A stretch of 64,000 nt of DNA from Botryllus schlosseri (lineage: Eukaryota): NCBI GenBank assembly GCA_051294905.1, contig CM119372.1, forward strand, positions 2,854,001-2,918,000, given 5' to 3'. The first letter of the stretch is position 1, and every line of letters begins with the position of its first letter. Positions 61,083 through 64,000 of the stretch are shown here, in pieces. The notes below the pieces were generated by a model. It was given only the letters and a program-made list of their open reading frames with translations. It did no database searches and was not told where the DNA came from. Made by a program: the position numbers and the translations under genes.

Positions 61083-63168
61083 ATTCTGTACACATCTGCC
61101 ATTAATAGCGCATTGTTTTTCTGCGACGTGACACATATGAGCAATGACCAATGAGCATTGCCGATTGCCTTGCGGCCGAGTGAACAGTCTGAACACTCTC
61201 GTCGCTGTTGTTACATACTCCTCATCTGCGGCATGAGTAATACAGAGGCCTTGTTTCGTCACAATGCACAATTCTAGGCTAATTGTCGGGGCTTCCAGGA
61301 CCACAAACAGAATGAAAGTTATATTTTCGTAATCTGTATCCCAGTAGCTTCCGATTTATGCCAAATTTATCAAATTTCGCTGTCGGCAAAGCCGGTCTAA
61401 ATAATGCCGTATATTGCTTTTGGTCAAATGAAAAGAGTAGTGAGCTATGCGATTTGCTTGTGTTCAGCTGTTCACACCACTGTATAGGACACTATTATCA
61501 GACCGAAGGGCAGGTACAACGCGAAACATCACTACTGCAACTGTCACAAAGGGAGTAGTATGGAGCACATCTGCCACATACAAAATTAGTTAATATTAAT
61601 CAATATTTCTGATATTCGCGGATCGCGGCTATCCAATAGTGAAGGGATTTTCTGCCAACGGCATTTCTTGTTTCTGAAGCGACAGTATAGTAAACTGATT
61701 GCTGCTGCGTTACGTCCGGAAATGTAGTTGAAGGTCATAATTCGGCCTCCGTTTCTATGAACTTCCTACAATACACGGGAACACGGCAAGTCGCCTGACG
61801 CTTACAGTTACAATGATCGGCGCCCGGGGCTGGGAAAACCAGACATGGAATTACTGAATTAACATTGACCAAAGAGCGTCAACATCCATCATAACTGCGT
61901 TTATATCTTGCTGAGAGTCACAAAAGGCAACGCTGCGAATGTGATGGGACGAGCCAAGAAAGAGTTAATGTACTTTGGTTCATCAGTTCATGATGTAAAC
62001 TAGAAGACTGGTAAAGTATCTCGAGTGCGCTGCAGTACCAAGAGAGGCGTCGGCATTGCAGATGTGAAGCGAACCTGTATCTGCGTGATTGCCACTAGCT
62101 TGCGAGTTTCATCGACAAGCGTTTAATATGCAATGGGCCAATGTATCCGTTAGCGATGTTGTTGTTTTCGTATTCAGGGTGTTTGTCAGTTTGATCAAAC
62201 GGCTAGTTTATACAAGACTGATATTAGTCATTGTTCCTTATCTGCCGACTTTTAGCGCGGCCCACTTCCGATATAGGCTTTTGTAGGACACCGTTTACGC
62301 GTATACGGGATGGCGAGGGAAAACATTGATAAACCTCAACCCTCAGTAAGGGATTCTGAAGTCCGGCCTAAATCCACAACCCATTGATGTTGCATGCCGT
62401 GAACCTGAAAGTAATATCTCGCCACGTTGGTCAACTATATATTATCAAACACGCTGTCTTAGAAGCTTTGCATCACCGCGGGCACATAGCCGCAGGTAAA
62501 CAAGTTGTTTTCTCGGACTCAATTTCAGCTGTTGACAACATGGCAGCAGGTCAGGTGATGATGGATAAAGCTGTGATAATATTTGACTAGTATTTTTATT
62601 GTATATTTATTGAATGCAGTATGCATGACCATCTGCAGGGGTGATCAAATAAGTAGGCATATAGTCATCGGTGTTACTCAGACAGATGTGGTCGCAACGT
62701 CGTAGCATTTTATCGCATTACCATTAGATGTTGCGATTTTCAATAAGTAGGCCTACAAATGTGAGTGATCCTGGCCTAGTTTTGCATAAAAACCAGTAGA
62801 AGTAAAATTAGTGGAAAATCATAACCACTGATGGAGAAAGTAGTGCACGTAACCAAAACCTACTTGAGTACTCCAGCAAGGTATACGTAGGCAACTTCGC
62901 TACTGACCACCTTTGATTTTATGTTTGCCTTGCCGAAACGACCCTCACAACTTAAGCAACGTTCTGATATGTTCGTATGTGGATGGTACTTATGGCGGAA
63001 ACATCCGCACATTTCATAGACGTGGGCTAAAATTTTCCAACGGCAATTGAGATAAATATATTGAGATCGAGGCGTATTATTACTTTGATTTATGTTGCGA
63101 TGTTCTAAATTTTTGACATTGGGCCTACTCGATATTTCTTTGGCTTTTCGCGATTATGAACCCGCGAA

Positions 63169-63451
63169 TGTGGTGAGATAGCGCAGTGGTATAATCCGCG
63201 GCTGCAACACCAATGGGTGCGGGTTCGAGTCCGACCGAGGTCGACTTCCGAATTCCGATACCTAAGTGTTGGAGGTTTACCTAGGCTCCTCCTCGCCACC
63301 TCATCCGCGTCAGCGGTGTCTTACAAAAGCCTAGAGGTGGGCCGTGCTATAAGTCGGCAGTTACGGATATTAAGAAGAATATCGGCCTGGTGTAAATGAC
63401 CATAGTAGTCGACAAACACCATGAATACCCCAAAAAAAAAAAAAAAAAAAA
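63169..63451 (+). mobile_element. tRNA-derived SINE family 2, full length with poly(A) tail
   Basis: A box TAGCGCAGTGG, B box GGTTCGAGTCC, A-tail of about 22 nt, 13-bp TSD ATGAACCCGCGAA (63156-63168 and 63452-63464). Confidence 0.92.
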
Positions 63452-64000
63452 ATGAACCCGCGAACTGAAGAACCTAAACGAATTATAGCGAGCCGGAATG
63501 TACCGTGACTTTTTCGAAGTTATGCCAAATCACTCGACCTCAAACCATTTGGTGCATTAAATTTGGACGTTGGACATATTAAGGCAGGGGTGGGCAACAT
63601 ACGGCCCGCGGACAGTTTCCCGTATTACATGATAATGTGGCTACTACTTGCTTAAACGTCAAATTTTAGTGACTGTTATGTTATTATATACGTGTGTGCT
63701 GCGACAGTAGAGCTTGCGCGTAAGTTCGTCGAAGCGAGAAGACTAGCATTATCGGCATTTACCGTGTACTCAACCCTAATGAGTTGATTGGATGGCACCG
63801 TGTGTTAATTGATCAGAGAGAAGCAGACATGGTGGCGCCTTTATGACAATGCTGTTCTCAAATCGACATTGTCTTCGTCATTATCTGCGAGAAATTGCTT
63901 TAAAGCAGTGGTTCTCAAACGGGGGGAGGGGGGTGTGAAAGCATCTGAAGGGACGCAAAACTGCTGTCAACTGAAATAAAACGTTCGCGCTTCGCGCGAT

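Noticed and set aside
61800..62130. Possible RT fragment (MYFGSSVH..RGVGIA)
   Set aside because: Too degraded to assign by eye; it may be an old LINE remnant.

Overview
This is AT-rich, repeat-dense animal genomic DNA with spliceosomal introns. It is probably a botryllid ascidian; that is an inference from the lectin-Ig genes below. I found no prokaryotic features and no CRISPR array. Manual splicing gives three apparently intact genes that the ORF track only shows in fragments. (1) The 3' part of an atlastin/GBP-family large GTPase gene (+, 11 exons, 1682-14205). Its helical stalk is built from five tandem short-exon/long-exon phase-0 modules, and it ends in an amphipathic, polybasic tail instead of atlastin's transmembrane hairpin. 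(2, 3) Two tandem paralogs on the minus strand (32366-24087 and 55529-47988) with identical 8-exon structure. Each encodes a 333-aa secreted protein: signal peptide, C-type lectin, degenerate C-type lectin, Ig domain (BsCLT-like). One copy has EPN and the other NPN at the sugar-binding motif. A decayed intronless rhodopsin-class GPCR lies between the GTPase and the lectin genes. The rest is layered transposon material: an internally deleted BEL/Pao LTR element, a decayed RNase H-type LINE plus related 3' ends, two tRNA-derived SINE families, Chapaev3, hAT and pogo relics, many MITEs with readable target-site duplications (some nested three deep), and several long palindromes. All coordinates, splice models and family calls were read by eye without database searches.
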